NCBI GenBank assembly: GCA_046290225.1
Contig: JBKAGE010000035.1
Location: forward strand, 352,001 to 416,000
Source: Bradymonadia bacterium
GTDB lineage: Bacteria > Myxococcota_A > Bradymonadia > UBA7976 > UBA1532
Direction of reading: 5' to 3'
Length of the DNA: 64,000 nt
The translations under genes and the position numbers were made by a program. The notes below the pieces were generated by a model. The model was not told the origin of the DNA and made no database searches. It saw only the letters and a list, made by a program, of their open reading frames with translations. Of this stretch, positions 1-9,933 are shown piece after piece. Each line of letters begins with the position of its first letter. Position 1 is the stretch's first letter.

Positions 1-1
1 C

Positions 2-973
2 CCTTCGGGGGTGAACGCCCACGTACACGTGAGCTGGCTGCACCCTTACAAAGAGCAGCGCCTCGTGCTCATCGGCGAGCGGGGCATGGCGGTCTTCGAC
101 GATCAGGCCCCCTGGGAGAGCAAGCTGGTGCTCTACCCCCACGAGGTGGACTGGGTGGATCAACGCCCCGTGGCCCGCAAAGCCACAGGCGATGTCATCC
201 CCCTCGATGCCGGCGAGCCCCTCAAGGACGAGTGCGCCCACTTCCTCGCCCGCATCACCGATCGACAGGCCCCCATCACCGACGGGGCCGAAGGCCTGGC
301 GGTGCTGCAGGTGCTCGAGGCGGCCCAACGCGCTCTCGACGAGGGTCGCCCCATCGAGCTCGAGGGTGAGCAGCCCGTCACCCGATACCCTGGCGTGAAG
401 ATCCACCCCACGGCGGAGATCGACGGCCCGGTGGAGATCGGTGAAGGCACCCGCATCTGGCACTTCAGCAAGTTGTTGGGCCCGCTGCGCATCGGCGAGC
501 GGTGCAATCTCGGGCAGAACGTTGTCGTCGAGCGCAACGTCACCCTCGGCAACAACGTGAAAGTGCAGAACAATGTGTCGATCTACCAGGGGGTGATCCT
601 CGAAGACGACGTCTTCTGTGGGCCCTCGATGGTCTTCACCAATGTGCGTACCCCCCGCAGCCACGTCTCCCGGCGAGATGCCTACGAGATCACCCGTGTG
701 TGCAAGGGGGCCTCCATCGGCGCCAACGCCACCATCGTCTGTGGTGTACGGCTGGGCCGATTTGCCTTCGTGGGTGCCGGCGCGGTGGTCACAGCCGACG
801 TGCCCGACCATGGGCTCGTCTATGGTAACCCCGCGAGACTGCACGGCTGGGCCTGTCAGTGTGGTGCCATTCTCGACCTCGGCGTCGACCCCGAGATCTC
901 CGAGGAGGCCACATGTACAGAATGTGGTGCAACGTACACACGGCAAGGGATGGCGGTTGCGCTCGCCGAATAA
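2..973 (+). CDS. 5'-truncated fusion: Gfo/Idh/MocA oxidoreductase C-terminal part plus hexapeptide-repeat N-acetyltransferase (WbpB/WbpD-like sugar-nucleotide modification)
   Basis: Frame is open from the window edge. HVHVSWLHPYKEQRLV...EPLKDEC.HF is a Gfo/Idh/MocA C-terminus; then left-handed beta-helix repeats (IGERCNLGQNV, VKVQNNVSIY, VFCGPSMVFTN, GASIGANATIVCG, GNPAR) and a CxC/CxxC tail. Confidence 0.8.
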   Translation, partial: PSGVNAHVHVSWLHPYKEQRLVLIGERGMAVFDDQAPWESKLVLYPHEVDWVDQRPVARKATGDVIPLDAGEPLKDECAHFLARITDRQAPITDGAEGLAVLQVLEAAQRALDEGRPIELEGEQPVTRYPGVKIHPTAEIDGPVEIGEGTRIWHFSKLLGPLRIGERCNLGQNVVVERNVTLGNNVKVQNNVSIYQGVILEDDVFCGPSMVFTNVRTPRSHVSRRDAYEITRVCKGASIGANATIVCGVRLGRFAFVGAGAVVTADVPDHGLVYGNPARLHGWACQCGAILDLGVDPEISEEATCTECGATYTRQGMAVALAE

Positions 974-1025
974 ATGCGCATATTGCTCCCCCTCACCGAG
1001 GGTGTTCACGTCGAGAGGTTGATTC

Positions 1026-1481
1026 ATGGGCCTGGTCGGTCGATTGAGAGCGCGAGGGCGGCAAGTGGCCGAAGCGGCCATGCAGCAGCCGGCGATCCGT
1101 CGACGGGTCGAGCGCCTGAATCAGCTGACTGAGGATCTACGCACAGAGACTCAGACCCGCGTCGAGGCCTGGCTCAAGGAGATGGAGGCCAAAGCCTGGG
1201 CCTACATCCAGCAGAAGCAAGAAGAGCTCGGCAAAGCCCAGCGCCAGATGGACCGCGCTCAAAAACGCCACGAGTACTATCAGTTGCTCGGGCTGCCCGA
1301 CGGCGCCCCCCTCGACGAGGTGAAGAAAGCCTACCGCCGGAAGATGCGAGAGCATCACCCTGATCGCTTTGCCCATGATCCCGATGCAGAGGCCAATGCC
1401 CATGATCAGGCCCAACGCATCAACTCGGCCTATGCCGAGCTCACGGCGCTGCTCACCGGACGCGAGAGCCGCGTCGGCTGA
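1026..1481 (+). CDS. J-domain (DnaJ-like) protein with N-terminal coiled coil
   Basis: YYQLLGL...VKKAYRRKMREHHPDRF...INSAY; HPD motif at the C-terminus. Confidence 0.85.
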   Translation: MGLVGRLRARGRQVAEAAMQQPAIRRRVERLNQLTEDLRTETQTRVEAWLKEMEAKAWAYIQQKQEELGKAQRQMDRAQKRHEYYQLLGLPDGAPLDEVKKAYRRKMREHHPDRFAHDPDAEANAHDQAQRINSAYAELTALLTGRESRVG

Positions 1482-1519
1482 GTCGCTTCAACTGAGTCGC
1501 TTCAACCGGGCCGCTTCAG
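1478..1519. repeat. 14-bp tandem repeat CTGAGTCGCTTCAA x2 plus a degenerate third copy
   Basis: Copies at 1478-1491 and 1492-1505, variant at 1506-1519; the first copy contains the J-protein stop codon. Confidence 0.85.
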
Positions 1520-1525
1520 CTGAAA

Positions 1526-1585
1526 CAGCACAGTGACTCAGCACAGTGACTCAGCGCAGTGACTCAGCGCAGTGACTCAGCGCAG
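1526..1585. repeat. 13-bp tandem repeat CAGC(A/G)CAGTGACT x4 plus a partial copy
   Basis: Copies start at 1526, 1539, 1552, 1565 and 1578 (partial); the array duplicates the 3' end and stop of the PilZ gene. Confidence 0.9.
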
Positions 1586-1909
1586 GGCCCGACTGCCTGC
1601 CTGCATGATGTAGTCGCGAGACTCAGCGGTGAGTTCAAGGAACTTCACCCCCATGCCTGCCTCGCGCTGCGGGGGCTGTACCGTGCGCACCACCTCACCG
1701 ACACCTTCGATGATCTCGATGTCCTGGTGGATCAGGCTGAACTTCAAGTTCACCTGAGTGCCCACGGGCAGAGGATGCTTCGACCGGATGAACACCCCCG
1801 TGAGCGAGATGTCGCGGGCGTATTCGGCGACGAACTCCTCGATCGACTCGAAGTCGCGGTTGATGCTCACCCGGGTGGCCGAGCGCTTCTCTTGACGACC
1901 AGCGCTCAT
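1577..1909 (-). CDS. Stand-alone PilZ domain protein (myxobacterial type)
   Basis: RxxxR (KRSATR) and DxSxxG (DISLTGVFI) motifs, GMGVKF; ATGA overlap with the upstream RNase gene. Confidence 0.85.
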   Translation of the reverse strand: MSAGRQEKRSATRVSINRDFESIEEFVAEYARDISLTGVFIRSKHPLPVGTQVNLKFSLIHQDIEIIEGVGEVVRTVQPPQREAGMGVKFLELTAESRDYIMQAGSRALR

Positions 1910-3429
1910 GGCGCCCCTCCCGCTGCGGGGATCAGACCGCGCAGCTCGTAGTGTTCCAGGTGGAAGTCAGCCCTGATCTCCACGTGGATGCGTTTCTCCG
2001 TCTGGTTCTCGAGATCTTCGAGCATGGCGTGCTCTTCGTCGAGGAGCACCTTGGCCACTCGGGGGTGCACCGCCACCGTGAGCTCGGGATCGTGCATGAA
2101 GGGGGCCTCACGCACCAACGTGCGATAGATGTCGTAGGCCACCGTGGTCCGGCTCTTGAGCACCCCGGAGCCCTCGCAATAGAAGCACGGCTCCGAGATG
2201 GTGCGCAGCAACGACTCGCGCACGCGCTTGCGGGTCATCTCCACGAGGCCCAGATCGCTGATCTTCAGGATGTTGGTCTTCGCCCGATCGGCCTTCAGGG
2301 CATCGGCGAGGGCGGTGTACACGCGGTTGCGGTTCGCCTCGTCGTCCATGTCGATGAAGTCGATGATGATGATGCCACCGATGTTGCGCAGCCTGAGCTG
2401 GTGCACGATCTCTTCGACGGCCTCGAGGTTGGTGCGCACGATGGTGTCTTCGAGGTTGCGCCGACCCACATAGCGGCCTGTGTTCACGTCGATGGCGGTG
2501 AGGGCCTCGGTCTGATCGATGATCAGATAGCCCCCGCTCTTGAGCCACACCTTCCGGCCCAGGGCGCGGTTCATCTCGATCTCGACGCCGAAGGCCTCGA
2601 AGATCGAGGTCTCACCCTCGTACAGCTGCACCCGGTCGGTGTACCGGGGCATGAAGCGCCGCATGAAGGTCACCAGGCGCTGATGCTCACGGGGGTTGTC
2701 GATGATGACCTCGTCGACGTCGGGGGTGACCATGTCTCGGGCTGATCGCAGCACCAGATCGAGATCTTCATGCAGCGTCGCGGGGGCCGGTGACGACTCG
2801 GTCCGGGCGAGGATGTCGTTCCACACCTGCCGCAGGTACTCGAGATCGGCCCGCAGCTCTTCGGGTGATCGACCCTCGGCGGCGGTGCGTGCCACGAAGC
2901 CGCCCCCCTCAGGCACCAGCTCTTCGAGGATCCCACGCAGGCGTCGACGCTCGTCTTCTTCGGAGATACGCCGGCTGATGCCCAGATGGTCGACGGTGGG
3001 CATGTAGACCAGGTGGCGACCGGCGATGCTCACATGGCTGGTGATGCGAGCCCCTTTGGTACCGATGGCCTCTTTCGCCACCTGCACCATGATCTCCTGC
3101 CCTTCGGTGAGCAGGCTCTGGATCGGCCTCTGGCTGAGATCAGATCGGGCATCGTGCAGTGTCGAGGTGCCCGAGGCAGCCTCTGTTCGAGTGCCCCCTG
3201 TGGGGTCGGCCACGTCGGCCACGTAGAGAAACGCGGCCCGCTCGAGGCCGATGTCGACGAAGGCCGCCTGCATGCCCGGAAGCACCCGGACCACGCGACC
3301 CTTGTAAATATTGCCCACGAGGCTGCTATCCTTGCGGCGCTCTACATATAACTCGGCGACACGGTTGTCTTCGAGCAGCGCCACTCGGATCTCGTGGGGA
3401 GAGCAATCAAGCACGAGAGAAGTCTTCAT
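1906..3429 (-). CDS. rng: Ribonuclease E/G family (RNase G-like, ~507 aa)
   Basis: From MKTSLVLD: GNIYKGRVVRVLPGMQAAFVDIG (S1 domain), TEALTAIDVNTG, LRLRNIGGIIIIDFIDM, GLVEMTRKR, CxxCxGxG. The ORF-track extension to 4560 is antisense to the dehydrogenase. Confidence 0.93.
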   Translation of the reverse strand: MKTSLVLDCSPHEIRVALLEDNRVAELYVERRKDSSLVGNIYKGRVVRVLPGMQAAFVDIGLERAAFLYVADVADPTGGTRTEAASGTSTLHDARSDLSQRPIQSLLTEGQEIMVQVAKEAIGTKGARITSHVSIAGRHLVYMPTVDHLGISRRISEEDERRRLRGILEELVPEGGGFVARTAAEGRSPEELRADLEYLRQVWNDILARTESSPAPATLHEDLDLVLRSARDMVTPDVDEVIIDNPREHQRLVTFMRRFMPRYTDRVQLYEGETSIFEAFGVEIEMNRALGRKVWLKSGGYLIIDQTEALTAIDVNTGRYVGRRNLEDTIVRTNLEAVEEIVHQLRLRNIGGIIIIDFIDMDDEANRNRVYTALADALKADRAKTNILKISDLGLVEMTRKRVRESLLRTISEPCFYCEGSGVLKSRTTVAYDIYRTLVREAPFMHDPELTVAVHPRVAKVLLDEEHAMLEDLENQTEKRIHVEIRADFHLEHYELRGLIPAAGGAP

Positions 3430-3468
3430 GGCGCCATCGTCGTCGATTCCTCGGTGGAGGGAAAGCCC

Positions 3469-4542
3469 TTGGATACATTGAGCCTGATGCAGCGTCATGG
3501 CCTCGAACAGATCGTCAGCGTGCACGATCCTGCGACGGGCCTTCTGGGTTGCATCGTGATCCACGACACCACCCGCGGCCCCGCCATCGGAGGCACACGG
3601 CTCTACCGATATGCCGATCCCTCCATGGCCCTCGACGACGCCATCGAGCTGGCGGTGGCCATGACCCGGAAGTGCGCCCTCGCCGGCCTCGGTGCCGGCG
3701 GCGGCAAAGGCGTGATCATCGATCACCCGGGCATCACTGATCGCGCGGCGATGTTCGCGGCTTATGGCCGATACGTCGACAGCTTGCAGGGCCGCTTCTA
3801 CACCAGCGGTGACTTGGGCGTGACCGCGGATGATCTGCGACACATGCGCAAGAGCACCCGCTTCGTCGCCGTACCCGACGAGCAGGATCTCAACCTCGCC
3901 GGTGCCGAAGCGAAGGGCATCCTCGCAGGCATGAGCGCCACCCTGGAGGTGACCGGGCATGGCGCAGATCTGCAAGGCGCCCGAGTGGTGGTGCAGGGCC
4001 TTGGTGCCATGGGCTACGGCGTGGCCTCGCGCCTCGTAGAGGCAGGGGCAGAGGTGCTCGGGAGCGATCTCAACGAGAAGCGCCTGCAGCGTGCGGTGCA
4101 GCACCTCGGCCTCAAGCCTTTGCCAGCGGCGACGGTGTACACCACCGAAGCAGATGTCTTCTGCCCCTGTGCCACGAGCGCCGTGCTCACCCCCGACGTG
4201 GCCCGCTCGCTCAAGGTGAAGGCCGTAGTGGGGGCCGCGAACAACCAGCTGTTCAACGACGAGGCAGACCACATCATGATGGACCGCGGGGTGCGCTACG
4301 CCCCGGACTTCGCCGTGAACAGTGGCGCGGTGATCCTCGGCGCCACCCACTACCTCGAGCACCGCACCGATTGGATCGAGACCGCACAGCACGCCGCTGG
4401 TCGTATTCGAGAGAGCGTCGCCCGCATCTTCAACGAGTCCGACGCCTCCGGCGAGCCTCCGGGCGCCGTGGCGATGCGCCTCGCCGACGAAGCCCTGGTA
4501 CGTCCCCGAAGCACCGACGTGCAGTGGTGGCCGATTCACTGA
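3469..4542 (+). CDS. Glu/Leu/Phe/Val dehydrogenase (leucine dehydrogenase-like)
   Basis: IHDTTRGPAIGGTR, AMTRKCA, GGGKGVI, VQGLGAMG, GAANNQL, YAPDFAVNSGAVI. TTG start at 3469 with GGAGG 8 nt upstream. Confidence 0.9.
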   Translation: MDTLSLMQRHGLEQIVSVHDPATGLLGCIVIHDTTRGPAIGGTRLYRYADPSMALDDAIELAVAMTRKCALAGLGAGGGKGVIIDHPGITDRAAMFAAYGRYVDSLQGRFYTSGDLGVTADDLRHMRKSTRFVAVPDEQDLNLAGAEAKGILAGMSATLEVTGHGADLQGARVVVQGLGAMGYGVASRLVEAGAEVLGSDLNEKRLQRAVQHLGLKPLPAATVYTTEADVFCPCATSAVLTPDVARSLKVKAVVGAANNQLFNDEADHIMMDRGVRYAPDFAVNSGAVILGATHYLEHRTDWIETAQHAAGRIRESVARIFNESDASGEPPGAVAMRLADEALVRPRSTDVQWWPIH

Positions 4543-4552
4543 AAGATCTCTC

Positions 4553-6076
4553 ATGACCACACACTATGCCCTCTGGGCCATGGCGCTGACGTGCCTGGTC
4601 CTTGCCTGTGACGACAGCGCCACGAATGATCCGGCCGACGCAGGTCGCATCGCCCGGGACGCCCAGGCCGCACCCTCAGATATGCGCCCGATGCCCGATC
4701 TCGGTGTGGATGCACCAGACAGCCACGTCGACATGCCCGACATGCCCGATATGGGTGGTGAGGCCATGGCCGATGCAGCCCCGGAAGCGGAATGTCTGAG
4801 AGATGAGCAGTGCGGGCCCGGCCGTGTGTGCTACCGAGAGCGGTGCGTTGATGGTCAGCGATGCGATGATGAGGGCATGTGCCCCGAGGGCCTGCTCTGC
4901 ATCAACGATCTCTGCCTGCCCGATCCCACAGCAGCAGGGGGCCTCGCAGCCGAGCCCAATTTGCTGGTGTACACCTTCTTCGAGGTGGGCAGCACCGCGG
5001 TGAGAAACACCCGCATCACCAATACAGGGGAGGGCGTGCTCACCCTCACCGAGCTGAACCTCGAGGGATCGAACACCTTCGTCATCGAAGATGGCCCCCA
5101 GCTGCCTCTCCGCCTGGTGCCCGAGCAGGGCACCGACGTCTTGATCCGCTACACGGCCGACGACGACCTGCCCGACAATGGTCGGCTCGTCGTGCGCACC
5201 GATCGCGCCCAGGCAGAGCCCGTGATCGTGCAGCTCGGCACTGAGCGCAAGCAGGTGGGTGGTGCTGATCCGTGCCTCGAGGTGGTCCCTGCACGCGTGG
5301 ACTTCGGTCCAGTGGTACGTGGGCAGATCGCCCGCCGTATGGTGGAGCTGGTCTCGTGTGGTCAGGCCCCAGTGCAAATCAACGCCATCCGTCGTGGCCA
5401 GACCTTCTTCGGCACTTTGCCCACCACCTTCGACATCGTGCACCCCGTCTATCCGCTGGTACTCCAGCCTGGGCAGCGTCAGATGGTGGAGCTGAACTAT
5501 GCGCCCCGCCGCGCGGGCCTCGAGGCCGGTTTCTGGAACATCCTCAGCACTGATCCACAAAGCCCCGAGACTCGGGTGGACGTCACCGCCCTCGCCACAC
5601 CCCCACCCATCGAAGAGGTGGCATTGCACGTGCGTTTGTCGTGGGACACTGATCTCAACGACGTCGATCTGCACCTGCTTGGTCCCGGCGGGCAAATCTG
5701 GACCTGCGAAGGTGACTGTTACTTCAGCAACCCCAACCCCAACTGGGGCGATCCGAACCGATTTGAAGATGACCCGTTCCTCGACCTCGACGACGTCGAT
5801 GGCTTCGGCCCCGAGAACATCAACCTCGAAGAGCCACAGCCAGGCACTTACCGGGTGCTGGTGCAGTACTGGGCCGAGCACGAGAGCTTCGAAGCCCCTC
5901 GGGCCACCGTGGAGATATTGCAGTTTGGCAACGTGGTGGCGTCGTATGGCCCTCAACGCCTCAACAGCGTCGGTGATGAATGGCTCGTGGTGGACATCGA
6001 ATGGCCCGCGCTCAACCTGGTGCCCCTCGGTCAGGTCTCGAACAACCCCGTGGGCAACCTCTGCGGTGGCTTCTGA
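4553..6076 (+). CDS. Lipoprotein with Cys-rich repeats, two Ig-like (ASH/choice-of-anchor D-like) domains and a C-terminal YfaP/DUF2135-like domain
   Basis: Lipobox VLAC-DD; ITNTGEGVLTL and VDFGPV Ig motifs; VRLSWD...DVDLHL...LDLDDVDGFGPENI. Confidence 0.7.
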   Translation: MTTHYALWAMALTCLVLACDDSATNDPADAGRIARDAQAAPSDMRPMPDLGVDAPDSHVDMPDMPDMGGEAMADAAPEAECLRDEQCGPGRVCYRERCVDGQRCDDEGMCPEGLLCINDLCLPDPTAAGGLAAEPNLLVYTFFEVGSTAVRNTRITNTGEGVLTLTELNLEGSNTFVIEDGPQLPLRLVPEQGTDVLIRYTADDDLPDNGRLVVRTDRAQAEPVIVQLGTERKQVGGADPCLEVVPARVDFGPVVRGQIARRMVELVSCGQAPVQINAIRRGQTFFGTLPTTFDIVHPVYPLVLQPGQRQMVELNYAPRRAGLEAGFWNILSTDPQSPETRVDVTALATPPPIEEVALHVRLSWDTDLNDVDLHLLGPGGQIWTCEGDCYFSNPNPNWGDPNRFEDDPFLDLDDVDGFGPENINLEEPQPGTYRVLVQYWAEHESFEAPRATVEILQFGNVVASYGPQRLNSVGDEWLVVDIEWPALNLVPLGQVSNNPVGNLCGGF

Positions 6077-6459
6077 TCAGCAAGCTCAATCAGACCAGAG
6101 TCACTGATTACCCACACCATGTTCCTATGATGTAACAGGCTGATACACCCCATGGGTCCCTCGTGACCCATTTGAACGACCTCACCACAAAACCTGCCCA
6201 CCTCCCTCAACCAAGCCATGGTCGACGCCGTATGTCGGAGTCGGTGAGCAACACTCTTGTTGTGATGACGAGACATCAGATTCAGAGGTCCTAACACAAC
6301 AGCGGACCGAGTCAGGGTCGTGAGGCGCGAGTGAGGCGTGAGAAACACCCGCAGGCGATGCCAACGCATCGTCGAGGACGGTTTCTCGCGTCTCGCGAAG
6401 TGCATCGCGGCACTGACGACGGGAGCTGTTTTGTGAGGGCCTCTCAGTCAGGGCAATCC

Positions 6460-6792
6460 ATGGCACACGGTAAAGACAAGCGACTGGATAATCGACACGG
6501 TGTGCGCCGTGTCGTCATCGAAATCGAGAACGAATCATACCAGGTGAGCGACATCTCGCTCGGCGGGTGCTTCATCGATGGCGCCAGCAACAAGTGGCCT
6601 CCTGGCAAAGTGCTCAAAGCCACTCTGGTCATGCCGTTCAATGAGCAGATCCGGCGCGTCATGGTGAAGATGCAAATCGTCCGTGTGGCCGACAATGGCC
6701 TCGGCGCCCAGTTCCGCTTACCGACCTCTTCGACGGTCATGTACATCCGTCACTATTTGAATTCGTCCTGGGACGAATCCTTCGCCTCATAG
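6460..6792 (+). CDS. PilZ domain protein
   Basis: [23 protein letters not shown]...GLGAQF. Start re-assigned to MAHGK. Confidence 0.75.
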   Translation: MAHGKDKRLDNRHGVRRVVIEIENESYQVSDISLGGCFIDGASNKWPPGKVLKATLVMPFNEQIRRVMVKMQIVRVADNGLGAQFRLPTSSTVMYIRHYLNSSWDESFAS

Positions 6793-6844
6793 GCGACACC
6801 CAGGCGCTCCAGTCCTCACATTCGCTCCATTCAATCGAACCGTC

Positions 6845-9361
6845 ATGAGGGGGAAGCTCATGTGTCGCGGTCATCTCAAGCGTTGGGGGCGTTTTTTGCC
6901 TGCAGCGCTCTGCTTGCTTTTGCCAAGCATCGCCCTGGGTGAAGACGCACCCAAACCCATCACCCAAGAGACCATTGATGGCCTGCAAGGGAACATGAAC
7001 CATGTGTGGACGATGGTGTCCGCAGCGCTGGTGTTCCTGATGCAGTGCGGGTTCCTGTTCATCGAAGCAGGGATGGTGCGGTCGAAGAACGCCATCAACG
7101 TGGCGCAGAAGAACATCGCCGACATGTTGCTGTCGGTGGTCATGTTCTGCCTCGTGGGCTTCATGTTCATGTTCGGCAGCAGCGCCGGCGGTCTCATCGG
7201 CATCGAGGGCAAACTCTTCGCTCTCGATGGCATGGATGACTGGGGCTTTACCTTCTTCGTGTTCCAGGCAGTGTTCTGCGGAACTGCAGCGACCATCGTG
7301 TCAGGTGCTGTGGCAGAGCGCATGAAGTTCGGTGGCTACCTGGTGGTCTCGGTGGTGGTCTCGGTGCTCATTTACCCGGTCTTCGGTCACTGGGCGTGGG
7401 GCAACCTGCTCGACAGCAACAACACGGCCTGGCTGGCTGACATCGGTTTCCTCGACTTCGCAGGCTCCACGGTGGTGCACAGCGTCGGTGGCTGGGTCGC
7501 CCTTGCCATGGTCGTCATCCTCGGCCCCCGCGTCGGTCGCTTCGACGAAGAGGGCAACCCCGTGCGCATTCACGGCCACAGCTCCGTCCTCGCCACCATG
7601 GGCGCACTCATCCTCTGGATCGGCTGGATCGGCTTCAATGGTGGCTCCACGACCACCGGTGACTCCAGCTTTGCCCCCATCGTGGCCAACACCCTCATCG
7701 CCGGCGCCTTTGGCGGCTCTGTATGCATGATGATCGGCCGATACCAGGACGGTCACTATCGGCCGGACCGGTCGATCAACGGTCTGCTCGGTGGCCTCGT
7801 GGGCATCACCGCTGGCTGTAATGCAGTGTCGATTCCCTCTTCGATGGTGATCGGTACTGTGGGTGGCCTGGTGGCGTACTACGGGGCTGAGCTGCTCGAG
7901 CGCAAGTTCAAGCTCGACGACGCTGTGGGTGCTGTGCCCGTACACGGTATGGCTGGTATGTGGGGCACCATCGCCGTGGGCATCTTCGCCCCCGCTGATC
8001 AGCTCGCAGCCGGCGGTCGCTTCGAGCAGATCGCTGTTCAGGCTGGTGGGGCTCTGTTGGCCTTCGTGTGGGCTTTCGGTCTCGGGTATGTGGTGTTCAA
8101 GGCCTTCGACGTCTTCGTGGAGCGGATGCGTGTGTCCACGGAGGACGAGCTCGCTGGTCTCAACCAGATCGAGCACGGGGCGACGCTGGGTACGGGTCAC
8201 CTGCTCAAGCGCATGACCGAACTCTCTTATGGTGAAGGCGACATCAGCATGCGCTTGTCGGAGGACAGCAACGACGAGGCCGGCGAGCTGGGCTTTGCCT
8301 TCAACCGCGTCATGGACAACATCGAGCACCTCGTCCGCACCGTGGCCACTGAAGGTCAGCTGCTGAGCATCTCCGCCGAGAAGATGTCTCGGGTCTCCCA
8401 GAGCCTGTCGGAGCAATCCGAAGCGGCGGTGAGCGAAGCGAGCCGTGCGAAGGGACGGGCGTCTTCAGCGAACGAGGCTTCAGGCCAGGCTGCAGGCTCG
8501 CTGGATTCGGCGAAGCAAAGCGCCACGTCGATCGCAGAGCGTTCGGGACACCTGGCGGGTGCGGTGCATCAGGCGACGAGTGGGGTGCAGACCATCGAGC
8601 ACGAGATTCACAGCATCCAGGACACCACCGCTCAGGTCAGGCGCGTCATCGAAGAGGCCCTCGACCAGAGCACCGCTGCCAAGACCAACGTCAATCAGCT
8701 CAGCTCTGCCATCGATTCCATCTCCGGCATCCTCACCATGATCGAGCAGGTCTCCAACAAGACCCGCATGCTCGCCCTCAACGCCACCATCGAGGCCGCA
8801 CGAGCCGGTGAGGCAGGCCGAGGCTTTGCCGTGGTGGCAGAGGAGGTCAAGGAGCTCGCTGATCAGACCGCCAAGGCCGTGGACGACATCCGCGGGAAGG
8901 TTTCGGGTGTGGTCGATGAGGCGAACCATACGGTGACCATCATCGAGGCCATCACCCACACCACCGAGCAGATGGGCTCCGCTGTGGCTCAGATCGCCGA
9001 CTCCGTGGAGGCCCAGAGCCAGTCTGCATCAACCATCGTCTCGCAGATCAACCAGGCCAACGACGAGACCAACGCCGTGGCCAGCCAGATCCGCACTGTG
9101 AGCACCGATGTCGCCCAGTCTTCTGAGAAAGCACTCTCTGCGGCCCACGACACCCTCAGCGTCATGAACGACATCGAGAGTGTGGAGAACGTGGCCCGCC
9201 AGAACCTCGAGCAGGCCCAGGAGGTCATGATGACCTCACAAGAAGTTGCTGAAGTGGCTCACCGCCTCACCCAGCTCATCGCACGCCTCACCGACGTGCA
9301 GAGCGTGTATCGCGAGGCTCAGCAAGTCATCAACATGGGCGGAACAACCGCCCATTTCTGA
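6845..9361 (+). CDS. Ammonium transporter (Amt) fused to HAMP and methyl-accepting chemotaxis signalling domains
   Basis: Amt motifs [47 protein letters not shown]-like GDISMRL...[14 protein letters not shown] hairpin [33 protein letters not shown]. Confidence 0.92.
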   Translation: MRGKLMCRGHLKRWGRFLPAALCLLLPSIALGEDAPKPITQETIDGLQGNMNHVWTMVSAALVFLMQCGFLFIEAGMVRSKNAINVAQKNIADMLLSVVMFCLVGFMFMFGSSAGGLIGIEGKLFALDGMDDWGFTFFVFQAVFCGTAATIVSGAVAERMKFGGYLVVSVVVSVLIYPVFGHWAWGNLLDSNNTAWLADIGFLDFAGSTVVHSVGGWVALAMVVILGPRVGRFDEEGNPVRIHGHSSVLATMGALILWIGWIGFNGGSTTTGDSSFAPIVANTLIAGAFGGSVCMMIGRYQDGHYRPDRSINGLLGGLVGITAGCNAVSIPSSMVIGTVGGLVAYYGAELLERKFKLDDAVGAVPVHGMAGMWGTIAVGIFAPADQLAAGGRFEQIAVQAGGALLAFVWAFGLGYVVFKAFDVFVERMRVSTEDELAGLNQIEHGATLGTGHLLKRMTELSYGEGDISMRLSEDSNDEAGELGFAFNRVMDNIEHLVRTVATEGQLLSISAEKMSRVSQSLSEQSEAAVSEASRAKGRASSANEASGQAAGSLDSAKQSATSIAERSGHLAGAVHQATSGVQTIEHEIHSIQDTTAQVRRVIEEALDQSTAAKTNVNQLSSAIDSISGILTMIEQVSNKTRMLALNATIEAARAGEAGRGFAVVAEEVKELADQTAKAVDDIRGKVSGVVDEANHTVTIIEAITHTTEQMGSAVAQIADSVEAQSQSASTIVSQINQANDETNAVASQIRTVSTDVAQSSEKALSAAHDTLSVMNDIESVENVARQNLEQAQEVMMTSQEVAEVAHRLTQLIARLTDVQSVYREAQQVINMGGTTAHF

Positions 9362-9480
9362 GCGACCCCTTCCGCCCACACCGGCGACTCCACCCCTGGC
9401 TGCACCCACCTTGGGGCTCAATGCAGCTCAGCTTCCCCCTCACATTCTGCTGGTCAGTCACCTGCACGGCCTGAGCATGC

Positions 9481-9933
9481 TCAAGTGCTCTGCCGCTGCA
9501 CGCGATTGCGTATGCGCCGTGCCAGCCCGCCGATCACCGAGACAGCCACAGCATCATAGCGGCCTTGGCGCATCACCCTGCCCTGGCGGCGGAGCGTGAT
9601 CACTCGCCCCAAGATTTGGTGGGCCTCGAACCAACCATCGATGGTCGGCAACGCGTCGCCTTTGACACACACGCGTCCGCCGGGCAGGGCGCAAATCACG
9701 CGGTGGACGATGCCCAGCTCACCGACGTCGAGCAGTACGACTTCACCTAACTTCGGGGGCGCGCTCAAGGGCGCGATGGTGACCTGATCGCCATGACGCA
9801 GATAGGGGCGCATCGAGGCGCCGAGGGCGGTAAAGGTAAAAGGCTGGCCGCGACTCAACGCCTCGCGGGCCATCTCGGCAGCAGCGGTCTGGAGGGCGGG
9901 ATCATCCCGAGTGCTGACAGGTGATCGAATCAC
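9481..9933 (-). CDS. S24/S26 family (signal peptidase-like) serine peptidase, putative RiPP leader peptidase
   Basis: GASMRP (catalytic Ser), GDQV, IVHRV, KGDA, ILGRV. GTG start overlaps the radical SAM stop (GTGA at 9930-9933). Confidence 0.8.
   Translation of the reverse strand: MIRSPVSTRDDPALQTAAAEMAREALSRGQPFTFTALGASMRPYLRHGDQVTIAPLSAPPKLGEVVLLDVGELGIVHRVICALPGGRVCVKGDALPTIDGWFEAHQILGRVITLRRQGRVMRQGRYDAVAVSVIGGLARRIRNRVQRQST

Noticed and set aside
1478..1585. Possible CRISPR array
   Set aside because: Units are 13-14 bp, directly tandem, with no spacers and no cas genes.
3430..4560. N-terminal 377-aa extension of the RNase G ORF suggesting a fusion
   Set aside because: It is the reverse complement of the dehydrogenase gene; RNase homology begins at MKTSLVLD (3429).
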